Below are positions 11,184 through 20,942 of a DNA stretch of 64,000 bases, piece by piece. Positions within the stretch are counted from its first letter, which is position 1. Every line of letters begins with the position of its first letter. The notes under the pieces were generated by a model. The model was given only the letters and a program-made list of their open reading frames with translations. It searched no databases and was not told where the DNA came from. The position numbers and the translations under genes were made by a program. The stretch comes from Synechococcus sp. (GTDB lineage Bacteria; Cyanobacteriota; Cyanobacteriia; PCC-6307; Cyanobiaceae). Location: positions 2,944,136-3,008,135 of the forward strand of contig JBJBDC010000001.1 in the NCBI GenBank assembly GCA_047285535.1. Direction: 5' to 3'.

Positions 11184-11582
11184 ATGAAAACTCTTACGCA
11201 TTTAGATGCACAAAACTTACTCTTCGCTCAGGGCACTTCTGTTGTCATCCCAGAGGGGTTCACCTCCATTGGCCATGGCGCTTTCCTTCGTACTGAACTG
11301 CAGAGTGTTGTCATCCCAGAAGGCATCACTTCTATTGGTGATTTCGCCTTCGACACCACACTATTAACGAGTGTTGTCATCCCAGAAAGCGTCATCTCCA
11401 TTGGTCGTTTCGCCTTCAGGAGAGCTCCACTGACTAGTGTTGTCCTCCCAGAAGGTGTCTCTATTGGTAATGATGCCTTCGTCGGTGTTCCGCTGGCCAG
11501 TGTTGTCATCCCTCCGGGAGCGACAATTGACCCTACAGCCTTCGATGTTGGGGTGAATTTGATTACATACTCCAACCATTAA
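11184..11582 (+). CDS. BspA-type leucine-rich repeat (LRR_5) protein, 132 aa
   Basis: Five SVV(I/L)PxxxxxIxxxAF-type repeats of 21-22 aa. Confidence 0.9.
   Translation: MKTLTHLDAQNLLFAQGTSVVIPEGFTSIGHGAFLRTELQSVVIPEGITSIGDFAFDTTLLTSVVIPESVISIGRFAFRRAPLTSVVLPEGVSIGNDAFVGVPLASVVIPPGATIDPTAFDVGVNLITYSNH
11241..11560 (+). repeat. Coding tandem repeat, 66-bp period
   Basis: GTTGTC(A/C)TCCC at 11241, 11307, 11373, 11439, 11502. Confidence 0.9.
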
Positions 11583-12363
11583 GAATGAATCAACATCTAT
11601 AGCCATCATCTCTGCTTTCGTCGATACGATCTTAGCCCCGATACTCGTTGAGTTTCGTGATGCTGAGCTGAAAGTCTGCGAATGAATCAGCATGGGCATT
11701 GAAGCAACCGAATTGCTTTTTGAGTATTAATGGATAGTCCTCAACTCAACCCTTTGACACCATTGAAACGTTCAATCGAATTCACTCTGGATTCACGTTG
11801 ATCAGGAACTTTGAGTTCAGTATTGAGATCATCGTCGCTGGGTTAATGCTGGACATAGTCTTGACGGAGAGGAGCTGTCGTCGGCATCCGAATCATTGCT
11901 GATGCAGACAGCACTCATGCCAACAACCGAGATGACATTGTTGGGTTGTCTTAGATCATATCCATCGACAAGAGGTGTGCTCCCTTTCAGGATTGGAGAT
12001 CGGGGCGCAAGGGATGCACTATGACCCCCATGACAATGACCTCTGCCAGAAGACTTAAGGATCAGAACCAAACTCATCGCAGCAGCGATCGCCTTTGGCT
12101 CTTTGGCCGCTTCAGCCACTGCCGATGAAGCCAAGAACAGGCTCTCGTTCACGAAGGTTCTGCAGAAGCAATGAAGAGTTGATTGCGCTTCCCCCAGCAC
12201 TCAAACGATCAAGGATTGTTCCGCCTCAACAACCAAATCGATCGGCGTTGAACACATCGTCCTGACCCAAGATTCTTGACCAAGCAGGGTGATGTCCTTT
12301 CTGCCTTGCGTCTGCACACCTTCTGTTTGCACACAATGTCAATAGACATTGGAAGGCCTACAG

Positions 12364-13284
12364 ATGCCCAGCCTAGAACTCGCCCACGTCATCGATCACC
12401 TTCATGGCCTGGCCGCTGATGTCAGCGCTGCCGTTGATCTCGAAGAAAATCGGCGCGTGTCAGACCGTTTCGGCGATGCGCATCCTTCGGCGCGGGACTT
12501 TGAGGCCGAGGTGCGTGAGATTCGCGTCGAAGACGTGCCCTGCGAGTGGCTGCTCGCCCCCGGCGCGGATCCGGATCGCAGGCTCCTCTACATCCATGGC
12601 GGCGGCTGGACTGCGGGCGGTCTTGATTCGCATCGCCCGCTCTCGGCGCGCCTCTCGGCTGCCACTGGCTGCGCCGTCCTTGCCGTCGCCTACCGCCTCG
12701 CTCCCGAGCACCCTTACCCGGCCGGTCTTGACGACTGTCTCCTCTGCTACGGCTGGCTTCGCGAAAACGGCCCAACCGGCGCAGGCCTGGCGCGGAGCGT
12801 GTTCGTGGCGGGTGACTCTGCTGGCGGAAATCTCACCCTCGCGCTGCTGCTCGCTCTGAAGCAGCGCGGATTGATGCTTCCGAACGCCGCGGTGCCGATC
12901 TCGCCAGCCACCGATTTCCTTGCGACGGGAGATTCCTACCGAACGCGCGCCGATCGCGACCCGATCCTCACCATGGGCCCCGATGGCATGCGCCAGGTCG
13001 CGGACGTCTACCTGCAAGGCAACGCCAAACCCGAAGATCCGCTCGTCTCACCGCTCTACGGCGACTTCGCCGGCCTTCCCCCGCTCCTCTTCCACGTTGG
13101 CGATGCCGAGGTGCTTCTTGATGACTCGACCCAAACTGCCGAGAAAGCCCGCGCCGCAGGCGTTGACGTTACGCTTCGCGTCTATCCCGACATGCCCCAC
13201 GTATGGCATGTGTTCGCTCCCTACCTCCCGGAAGCAACCCAAGCCATAGAGGAGATCGGCAGCTTCGTGAGAAAGCACGGTTGA
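12364..13284 (+). CDS. Alpha/beta hydrolase, HSL-family esterase/lipase
   Basis: HGGG oxyanion motif, YRLAPEHPYPA, GDSAGG nucleophile, C-terminal HVW; unusually high GC. Confidence 0.95.
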   Translation: MPSLELAHVIDHLHGLAADVSAAVDLEENRRVSDRFGDAHPSARDFEAEVREIRVEDVPCEWLLAPGADPDRRLLYIHGGGWTAGGLDSHRPLSARLSAATGCAVLAVAYRLAPEHPYPAGLDDCLLCYGWLRENGPTGAGLARSVFVAGDSAGGNLTLALLLALKQRGLMLPNAAVPISPATDFLATGDSYRTRADRDPILTMGPDGMRQVADVYLQGNAKPEDPLVSPLYGDFAGLPPLLFHVGDAEVLLDDSTQTAEKARAAGVDVTLRVYPDMPHVWHVFAPYLPEATQAIEEIGSFVRKHG

Positions 13285-13569
13285 GGCGAGAGCCGCCTGG
13301 AGCATCTCTGGCATCATGGTGTTGGCCGGGACCCGGAACGTCTGCCAATCCTCCCTCGTTGCTTCGCTCCAATCCTTCATGACGATGTCGATCGGGTGGC
13401 GATGGGATGTAGGGCTGCCCGTTAGCGAAGGTTTCCGTTTGTTTGTTTGGCTTGGAATTGGTGAAAGAGTGACAGGTAGTGCTCAAATCCAGGCGAGCAT
13501 CATGGAATTCTTTTTGTGTTAGAAATTGGTTTTCGTTTTCATCAATGCGTGAGGATTTGATCGTGCCAC

Positions 13570-14559
13570 TTATGTGGAAAACCTTTGAATTAAAGAAAAA
13601 TAAAGGGGGATGCCAACAATGATATTGAATGGAAACGTCACGCCAAGCGCGGCAGAAAGGTAAAGGCTGGGATTTGCTTTTGGCAGCGCTGTTCTCATGG
13701 CAGCGGGCACCGCGATGTAAGAAGCACTGGCACTGAGAATGACAAATAGGAGTGCATTGCCAGGCTCCAGGCTAAAGAATGCGGCTAAAGCGATGGCGAT
13801 ACAGGCATTGAGGAGTGGAAATAAGATGGAAAAAGCAATCAGGAAAATGCCACTTTTTCTTAATTCACTGATCCGCGAGCCTGCAGATATTCCCATTTCC
13901 AGCAAAAAGAGGCATAGAACCCCATAGAAAATTTGGTTGGTGAATGGAGCAATCTTTTCCACGCCTGAATGATCAAAAAATTCGGAGAGCGCCCCTGTTA
14001 TAAGGGCTCCAATGAGTAAGAAAACTGATGTATTTAAAATTGAAGTTTGGATGATATTGTTTAAGCTTGTCTTCTTTTTAATTCCCCCTTCCGCCGGGCT
14101 TTTCGACTTTTCATAGAGTATTAATCCCATCACGATCGCCGGAGATTCCATTAAAGCAAGTGCTGCAATCATGAATCCAGAGTGTGGAACTTGGATTTCA
14201 TTGAGAAACGAGCTAGCGGTGATGAAGGTGACTGCACTGATGGAGCCGAATGATGCAGCCAAGGCGGCAGAATCTTCCGGATCAAAGCGTTGTCTGAGGA
14301 TTGGGAATCCATAAATTGGTACGATGACTGCCATTACAAAGCAGAGAAAAAGAATTTTCAACACTGATGCGCTTAATCCGCTGAGAACCAGCTCTACACC
14401 ACCCTTGAAGCCAATCGATATCAGGAGGTAAATGGAGAATAGTTTGGAAATTGGCGGTGGAATTTCAAGATTGATCCGCAGCAGGACGGCTGTAATTCCC
14501 ATGACAAAGAATAAGACAGCGGGAGAGAAAATATTCTCTAAAATCAGGCTTTGATTCAC
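13570..14559 (-). CDS. sbtA: Sodium-dependent bicarbonate transporter family permease (SbtA family)
   Basis: About 10 TM segments; IGFKGG, FGSISAVTF, ALMESPAI, SASYIAVPAAMR, TFPFNI. Confidence 0.9.
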   Translation of the reverse strand: MNQSLILENIFSPAVLFFVMGITAVLLRINLEIPPPISKLFSIYLLISIGFKGGVELVLSGLSASVLKILFLCFVMAVIVPIYGFPILRQRFDPEDSAALAASFGSISAVTFITASSFLNEIQVPHSGFMIAALALMESPAIVMGLILYEKSKSPAEGGIKKKTSLNNIIQTSILNTSVFLLIGALITGALSEFFDHSGVEKIAPFTNQIFYGVLCLFLLEMGISAGSRISELRKSGIFLIAFSILFPLLNACIAIALAAFFSLEPGNALLFVILSASASYIAVPAAMRTALPKANPSLYLSAALGVTFPFNIIVGIPLYFSLIQRFST

Positions 14560-15067
14560 TCTCGCAAGGCTTCTTGTGTGATGTTACCGTTTGCTAGGAA
14601 GGCTGCAAGCCTGCTGGATTTGTATTGAGAGGCTGCTTTTCTTGTCTTGGTCGATAACTATAGGCGGTTGATTTTGCGCTTGTCTCTTCCTGATCGATGG
14701 ATTGATCGTGAAAGGTGATTCGCTGATCACTCTTCCTGATCACTGCAAACCGGTTGAGCTGAGGAGGTTTTCTTTGGGAACGATCAAGAGGTGGATTCCT
14801 GATCCCAATTCAAAATTCTTGGTTCGTTTTCCATGGCTTGCCAGATGAAGATGAGCACGAGCATTGGTTCGTACCGAAACGATCGGCTTGTCACCAGCTC
14901 CCTCCAAGATAGTTCGTGGAGTTAAAGCTGATGGAGCCACTGGCTCAGAGCATGAAAAGAAGGAAGGCAACCAGCAAAGCGGGTCTTCATCCCCCAAAGC
15001 TCTTTTCCGTGCGCCAGTGAAACGATGATTGGAGTCAGTGAGAGCTCCCGCCAAGACGATGGGGCAT

Positions 15068-16681
15068 TCAGGTGATCTCGTCTTGGTTGTCCTGTAGGGA
15101 ATCCTTATCGATCTGGTTGTAGTAGCCCTGAGTCTTTTCCGATAGTTGCTCCAGCCAGGGTGACTCAAGCCCAAGCGATGTTGAGTTCACGATGAGCGCA
15201 CGGTCTTCTCCCTCATGCTGCCGGTTGTTGTTCTCTCCGGCGTAGTAATTGGCCGTGGATTGATGATCCCAGCTTGACCAACCGCCACCATTGCGATCCC
15301 TATTGGGTTGACCGTCAGACATGAGATAAAGCGTGTCGGTTTCTGTGTCGTCAAAGGCTTGCTGGATGGCGTTCCATGGATCCGTGCCGCCCCATTTGGT
15401 GACCCTTGCATCATCCAGAGTGTTCACAAATGCAATGGCTGAATCCCTTTTCCCCTCATCCCCAAGCCTGACCAGTCCATCCGTGGATTCACTCCATTCC
15501 TTGTTGTTTCGATAGCTGCTGGAGCTGAATGATGTAATGCCTATTTTTGTGTTATTGGGCAATTGTTCCAGGATCATTGTCATCTCACTGATCAACGCTT
15601 CCATGCGTGTGAGAGCGCAAATTTGTCGTGTGTCCTGATAGCGCCCTCGGTTTGGGTTGTAGAACGTACGCCATGGCCCATATCCATCGCCCCACATCAC
15701 GCAGGCGCTCATGGATCCTGAACCATCGATGACGAAGCGCACATTGTTGCTGGTGATGTTTTGGAAGAATGCACCACTCAAGGGGCCGCCTTGACCCTCG
15801 CCTCCGAAGTTGTCAATGCGCTTGTCCGCTCTGGCGAAGGCTGTGAAATACAGGGGCTGAGAGGTCAGCTGCTTGTCGCCGACTCCAAGCTTATTGATGA
15901 AGCTCTGAGTGATGCTGTCTTCCTCTTGGCCACTCGCTGATTGGGTGGGATCAATGAATTTCACCAGCTTGTAGTTTGTGTCTGTTTCGATGCGAAGTGC
16001 CGGTTGTCGTTCACTTCGGCTGGGCGTTTTGCCCTCTGTGAATGTGAAGTTTGTTGATGCAAGAATCTGTGCCAGCGAAGGCCCATTGTCTGCGCAGACT
16101 GTGGACAAACTTTCGCCTTCTTTGAGCTCACTTTCCTTACGGCAGGGAATGGCACCAACGTGATCGATGACGCGTGATAAAAAGAGATTGGCGGTTTCTT
16201 TGTATTTGCCATCCGGATCGAGTGGTGCTCCGCAGCGTTCGATGCTGTAGCCCCCTGATCCAAGGCTGACACCATAAAGTACAGGCTTATTTAATTCAAC
16301 CATCTTGACGCCAAATAGTGGCTTAAAGGGTCGATTTCCCGCCAGTGCTGCACAATCGCTGAGGAGAGAGCTATAACGACTGTCGCTGAGATTGATGTGT
16401 GCTTGATCCTCAGAGGTGCTTTCCGTTTTGTTGATCACTAGATGCATACTGCGTTCCACTTCTGATCGCATTAATCGCAAGCCATTGATTGAATTTTGGC
16501 GAAGCGTTGTTTTTTCTTCTGACTGGTTGATCAAGGTGCCAGTGGATTGCAAAGCCGCGCCGGACGCCATGATTAACAGCGTTCCAACCCCTGATGCGAT
16601 GACCAGCTCACTCATGCCAGCGAAACCATTCCGCTTTTGTGGTTTACGGGGAATCGTGGATAGGAATGCTTTCATTGCCAT
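15068..16681 (-). CDS. Pilin-like N-terminus fused to a C-terminal vWA domain (PilW-position tip protein)
   Basis: KRNG|FAGMSELVIASGVG hydrophobic helix; FVIDGSGSM MIDAS, GGTDP, YLMSDGQPN. Confidence 0.85.
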   Translation of the reverse strand: MAMKAFLSTIPRKPQKRNGFAGMSELVIASGVGTLLIMASGAALQSTGTLINQSEEKTTLRQNSINGLRLMRSEVERSMHLVINKTESTSEDQAHINLSDSRYSSLLSDCAALAGNRPFKPLFGVKMVELNKPVLYGVSLGSGGYSIERCGAPLDPDGKYKETANLFLSRVIDHVGAIPCRKESELKEGESLSTVCADNGPSLAQILASTNFTFTEGKTPSRSERQPALRIETDTNYKLVKFIDPTQSASGQEEDSITQSFINKLGVGDKQLTSQPLYFTAFARADKRIDNFGGEGQGGPLSGAFFQNITSNNVRFVIDGSGSMSACVMWGDGYGPWRTFYNPNRGRYQDTRQICALTRMEALISEMTMILEQLPNNTKIGITSFSSSSYRNNKEWSESTDGLVRLGDEGKRDSAIAFVNTLDDARVTKWGGTDPWNAIQQAFDDTETDTLYLMSDGQPNRDRNGGGWSSWDHQSTANYYAGENNNRQHEGEDRALIVNSTSLGLESPWLEQLSEKTQGYYNQIDKDSLQDNQDEIT

Positions 16682-16781
16682 GATGTATCAACTGCTTGTT
16701 CTTCTTAATATCGTCGATAATTGCGGCTTGGATCTTTGCGCGTGATGATGATGAACTGAGCTCTATCTGAGGACTTTTAAC

Positions 16782-17450
16782 CTATTTCTCACAACTTGAT
16801 GTGGCTTCATTCCAGCTGGCGCTAAATACTGTACCGGTGCCGGAAATTTGTAAGCAACGTGTGCGCAGCCTTTGTTCACTGGTGTTCGTGGAACGAATGA
16901 GAAAGATCAGATCATCAGACATGGTGCTGGTCCCTGGGGGTGTTAATTCATAGGTTGCGGAATTAACAGCAACTTCCACGACCTGGGATTCAGCGGTGCC
17001 TTCTCGATCGACTAAACGTAATGATCGGTCACGTTGTACTTTGCTTTTCTGTAGAGAATCAGTGATGGATGATGCAAGTAAAGCTCCGATCTGTGGTCCA
17101 TAGGCGCAACCACTGGGTTCTCCTGCTTCCCTGATATCGCTATTGCAACATTCAAGGCGTTCAGGATGCTCGCCCATCTCCACCAGATCTGCCGGAGGTA
17201 CAAAATTATTTAGGCCCGAGTGATCAAACCTGATCGTGCAGCTTGTTTTTTGCTTGCCTAGCTTGGCACGAAGCCCAAAGAATCCCGCTTCAATTTGCTG
17301 GGTGTAGCGATCGACTTCGCCTTGTCGCATGTTTCGGATATAGGTGGGAATTGATGTTGACAGGCCAATCGTGATGATCACGATGCCTACCAGTAGTTCT
17401 AATAATGAGAATCCTTCAGATGGGTGTTCCTGCATCATGTTCTGTAGCAC
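16782..17450 (-). CDS. Type IV minor pilin (FimT/GspH-like)
   Basis: EG|FSLLELLVGIVII class III signal; C-terminal RCLQISGTG. Confidence 0.85.
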   Translation of the reverse strand: MLQNMMQEHPSEGFSLLELLVGIVIITIGLSTSIPTYIRNMRQGEVDRYTQQIEAGFFGLRAKLGKQKTSCTIRFDHSGLNNFVPPADLVEMGEHPERLECCNSDIREAGEPSGCAYGPQIGALLASSITDSLQKSKVQRDRSLRLVDREGTAESQVVEVAVNSATYELTPPGTSTMSDDLIFLIRSTNTSEQRLRTRCLQISGTGTVFSASWNEATSSCEK

Positions 17451-17926
17451 TGAGACGCAAAATTTGGACTCATTTCTATAACTCGGATTTCTTCCTCGAT
17501 TTGCTGTTCTGGCCCTTCAAAACTATAAATGATCTTGAGGATTCCTGGAATTGTATTGAAATCATAGGTGCGGGTGATCGTCGCTAGCCTTGGTTCCGGG
17601 ACAACAGATTGGAGGTGGTCACTTAAGGTGCCAGCCGGATTTTGGCAGGCCGTTTCGAAATCAACATTGGCATTATCTTTGATCCATTCTCGTGTGAAAT
17701 AAGAATCTTCTTTTTGCATGGTCTGAATGTTGTCATTGATCGCTGCTTCAATGCTGGCCCTGGTGGACGAATGCGCACTCACACTGAGGGCTGCTACGGA
17801 AAGTCTGCCCACGGCTGCGAGGGCGGAAGCTAGTAAAATTCCAGCAATCAGCACCTCTACCATGGTGAATCCATTGGCTGGCACCTTGTGTTGACTTTGG
17901 TGTCGATAGCGACCCTTGATATTCAC
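17435..17926 (-). CDS. Type IV minor pilin (PilV-like)
   Basis: NG|FTMVEVLIAGILL class III signal. Confidence 0.85.
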   Translation of the reverse strand: MNIKGRYRHQSQHKVPANGFTMVEVLIAGILLASALAAVGRLSVAALSVSAHSSTRASIEAAINDNIQTMQKEDSYFTREWIKDNANVDFETACQNPAGTLSDHLQSVVPEPRLATITRTYDFNTIPGILKIIYSFEGPEQQIEEEIRVIEMSPNFASQCYRT

Positions 17927-18020
17927 TCTGTGTTGTTAAATCAATGCGTGATTCATGAAACTACTTTTTCAGTTTAAATGTATTGATTCGCCCAATTCTG
18001 AAGGGGTAGTGAGAGTTGAA

Positions 18021-19727
18021 TTACCAACGGCGGAATGTATCCAGACCAGTGCCCCGAATGCCCCGCGCCACCATTTGGCCATAGCCAGGAAAGTTTTTAT
18101 TTTCCCAGTCCCAACGTTCATTGAGATCGCGAACCACACTGCTGCTTCCGCTGGTGTCGGTGATCAAGGAGAACGGTCCTGAGTTGGTGCAGATTCCATC
18201 AGCCCAGATCAGGCCATTCAGCTTGGTGGTGCTGCTGCCTGTTTTGACAAAACCTGGAATGAGATGAACAGTTGCATGGGGCAGGCTGTCGCCATCAAAG
18301 GCCAGCACGTATCGATCGGTATGTGGAGAGACCGAACAGCTGCGTACGCCTGAGGGCTTCGGTGCTGCCGAAAGAATCACGAGTTGCTCCGGTTTGGCGT
18401 TGCAGGTTGTTTCCCCACTGTTCACACCACAAAGCTGGCTGCCGTTGCCGAGATTGATGCTGCCGGTGATGCCAGGTTCTGAGGGTTCCACGGTGGAGGT
18501 TCCTGGATATTCCAAATGCAAGACCACGGGCCTGCTGGCACTGGTTTCAATCAGCAGCCTTGTCTGGGTAAGGTTGATGTGTTCGACGAACACGTGGCAG
18601 TCGGACCCTGAGCCATTGCACAGTTCATTGGCACTGAGTCGGATCACGGCGCCGTTATTTTCTTCGAGGTCTGGTCGGCTCAGCGCAGTTTCTGTGTTGG
18701 CGGCTCGATTGCAGGCAATGGACTGGCATTCCGCCAGGGATTGCGTGTCATCAAAGGTCCAGATCCGTACGTTGTCGGATCCTGTCTGTTTGTCCTGGGT
18801 GAGTCCTAAGTCCCAGATATTGCTTGTGGGAAGACCTTTCTCCAGGATTGGAATGATTCTGTTCTCGAGATTGATGTTGGCAGCACTGGCGTGAACATCG
18901 CTCAGCAGATTGGATGGAAAGCATCCTGTTGCCGTTTGATAGGGCTCAGCACTACTCACATTGAGCAATACTTTTCCATCGCCGATGGATCCGTTGCTGT
19001 TCAGGATTTCGGTGTCACCTAGGAAGAGTGTGGGGCCTGATAACACAGCCCAATCTCCCTCGCCTGCGACGATTGAGTTCACATAGAGGGAACGTAACAA
19101 CAGCGTTCTCGCTAAGTAATTTGTTTTGGGGTCATCTCCTTCACGCAACACGATGCCTTCGATCTGGAAGCGGCCTTCTCCTAATCCGTTGTTCTCGGCT
19201 GTTGCTGTTGTCGCATAACCCCTCAGTCGATACTGCAGCTTGATGTTCTTCTGTCCATCCTTGCGTTGGCTGGATGTGCCTGCTGTTAGATCCCTATGGG
19301 GAGGATTCGCGTTTCCTGCATCAGCCGGCACCGCTGCTGGTAGGTGACGGCGATCGGTGCAGAGCTCTCTGAGCGGGAAGTCTGTCTGGTTGGCCGCGTT
19401 CCATCCCCATTGTTCAGATCCTGGATTTTCTGGATCGCCGCCGTTGTGATTGAGGGTGAAGAGGTATCCCTTGTAGGTGGTGTGGTTGTCCTCATTCAGC
19501 TCGCTGAGGATTCGGTTGAATCCATTCAAGGCTGCCGTTTCGGCCATTTGCTGATAGCTCTCAGCGGCTGCAAGTTTTCGTCCCATCAGTTGCCTTAGCA
19601 GCAATCCGCTCACCCCTGCCATCAGCACCATTCCCATCATCAGGGCCAGCAACAACGAAAGCCCCTGCTCTTGTGCGGGGATGTTTGGCCCCGATTTTTT
19701 GATGCTGATGGCTTTTGGAGATTTCAT
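18021..19727 (-). CDS. Large PilX-like minor pilin with Cys-rich C-terminal domain
   Basis: QG|LSLLLALMMG (no E5, typical of PilX), AETAALNG, long beta-rich C-terminus. Confidence 0.75.
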   Translation of the reverse strand: MKSPKAISIKKSGPNIPAQEQGLSLLLALMMGMVLMAGVSGLLLRQLMGRKLAAAESYQQMAETAALNGFNRILSELNEDNHTTYKGYLFTLNHNGGDPENPGSEQWGWNAANQTDFPLRELCTDRRHLPAAVPADAGNANPPHRDLTAGTSSQRKDGQKNIKLQYRLRGYATTATAENNGLGEGRFQIEGIVLREGDDPKTNYLARTLLLRSLYVNSIVAGEGDWAVLSGPTLFLGDTEILNSNGSIGDGKVLLNVSSAEPYQTATGCFPSNLLSDVHASAANINLENRIIPILEKGLPTSNIWDLGLTQDKQTGSDNVRIWTFDDTQSLAECQSIACNRAANTETALSRPDLEENNGAVIRLSANELCNGSGSDCHVFVEHINLTQTRLLIETSASRPVVLHLEYPGTSTVEPSEPGITGSINLGNGSQLCGVNSGETTCNAKPEQLVILSAAPKPSGVRSCSVSPHTDRYVLAFDGDSLPHATVHLIPGFVKTGSSTTKLNGLIWADGICTNSGPFSLITDTSGSSSVVRDLNERWDWENKNFPGYGQMVARGIRGTGLDTFRRW

Positions 19728-20240
19728 TTATCCACAGTTGGGAGTTGTGGCGGCGGTGTCTTCAAAGCCCTTGCCCTGGTTGATCCCGCTGGCGCCATTG
19801 GTCAGATTGATGCAGGCGATCACGTTGAGATTGGGTTCGTCGTCGCGGGTTGCGGTGATTGTGAATAAGTTGGCAGTATTCGTGATGGCTACGTTGTAAA
19901 AACCTCCAGCTAAGTTGATCGCTGCAAAATCATTGTCTGTAGCGGGTCCGTTCTCGGTCATGATTGCATTGGTGTTGTTTAAGTCTGCCCAACTGGTTGG
20001 AAGAACACCAAATTCATCGGCATAGGCTGCGATTGTGGTTTGGATCTGGGAGATTACCGATGCTGTTTCGTTTTGCCTGGTGCGATTTACTTGATTGAGA
20101 TAACTTGGGAATGCAATACTTGAGAGGATTCCAATAATCACTACGGAGATTAATACTTCTGTTAATGAAAAGCCTTCCGCTTCAGCCTTTGCTGAGCTGC
20201 CGAAGGCATTTACTGTGCATTGTGATATTTGATTTAGCAT
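19728..20240 (-). CDS. Type IV pilin (PilA2/PilE-like)
   Basis: EG|FSLTEVLISVVIIGILSSIAFPSYLNQ; C-terminal Cys pair. Confidence 0.9.
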   Translation of the reverse strand: MLNQISQCTVNAFGSSAKAEAEGFSLTEVLISVVIIGILSSIAFPSYLNQVNRTRQNETASVISQIQTTIAAYADEFGVLPTSWADLNNTNAIMTENGPATDNDFAAINLAGGFYNVAITNTANLFTITATRDDEPNLNVIACINLTNGASGINQGKGFEDTAATTPNCG

Positions 20241-20262
20241 GATTGATCAGTCCTTTGATTGT

Positions 20263-20297
20263 CTGCCTTCTGGTTATTTTTTGCATTCAGAAGGCAG
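20263..20297 (-). terminator. Stem-loop downstream of the major pilin
   Basis: CTGCCTTCTG-N15-CAGAAGGCAG, 10-bp inverted repeat. Confidence 0.55.
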
Positions 20298-20325
20298 TAT
20301 TTAGGGATTCAGATGATTGATATGA

Positions 20326-20814
20326 CTATGCGCAATTTGGAGCGCTAGCGACAGTGCCATCAGCCTTAATTGCTTGTTTTCTCACTCCTGTGGCAGGATT
20401 CACACAAGCTGCTGCATTGTATTTCCCATCTAAGTCGGAATTCGTCACACCAACTGCTGTGACTGTATAGATATTGTCTCCAGTCCCCGAAAAGTCTCCA
20501 GATGTGAAGTCACAAAGGTCTGAGTCGTGTTGTGCCACAACTGCGGTCATGGCAGCATTTTTCTCTGCATCGGTACCAGTAGTGAGGCCTTCAGCACCAG
20601 CTTGGGACAAGATGGCGCCTAGTCGAGTTGTGCACTCTGTGGCTTTGGCTTTACTGGTCTGACTTAAAAAATTAGGAAGTGCTACTGCTGAAAGAATCCC
20701 AACAATCACAATCACAATCATCAACTCCACCAAGGTGAAGCCTTTTTCAAGCAGATTGCGACCTTTTTTTCTGTTGAGGATGGAAAGTTGTAGGCGGCGA
20801 TTGAGTGTGCTCAT
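20326..20814 (-). CDS. pilA: Type IV major pilin
   Basis: KG|FTLVELMIVIVIVGILSAVALPNFLSQTSKAK with basic cyanobacterial leader. Confidence 0.95.
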   Translation of the reverse strand: MSTLNRRLQLSILNRKKGRNLLEKGFTLVELMIVIVIVGILSAVALPNFLSQTSKAKATECTTRLGAILSQAGAEGLTTGTDAEKNAAMTAVVAQHDSDLCDFTSGDFSGTGDNIYTVTAVGVTNSDLDGKYNAAACVNPATGVRKQAIKADGTVASAPNCA

Positions 20815-20942
20815 GATGTTTTTGCGAGGAATAATTGGCTTGGCACAGGTTGTGCTCACAGATCAATCATTCCCCTTCCAAGTGGCCAGCAAGCAAGGAA
20901 TCGGCTAGAGGTCTCTAAGAACCTTCTTAGGTAACCAGTTTT

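Noticed and set aside
11241..11560. Regularly spaced ~66-bp repeats resembling a CRISPR array
   Set aside because: The period is a multiple of 3 and in frame with an LRR protein; the 'spacers' are similar to each other; no cas genes are present
12404..13486. Multiple overlapping 105-185 aa ORFs
   Set aside because: Explained by stop-codon scarcity in the high-GC esterase gene
14740..15174. 144-aa minus-strand ORF after the vWA pilin
   Set aside because: It overlaps the vWA gene and has no recognisable motif; at most a decayed remnant
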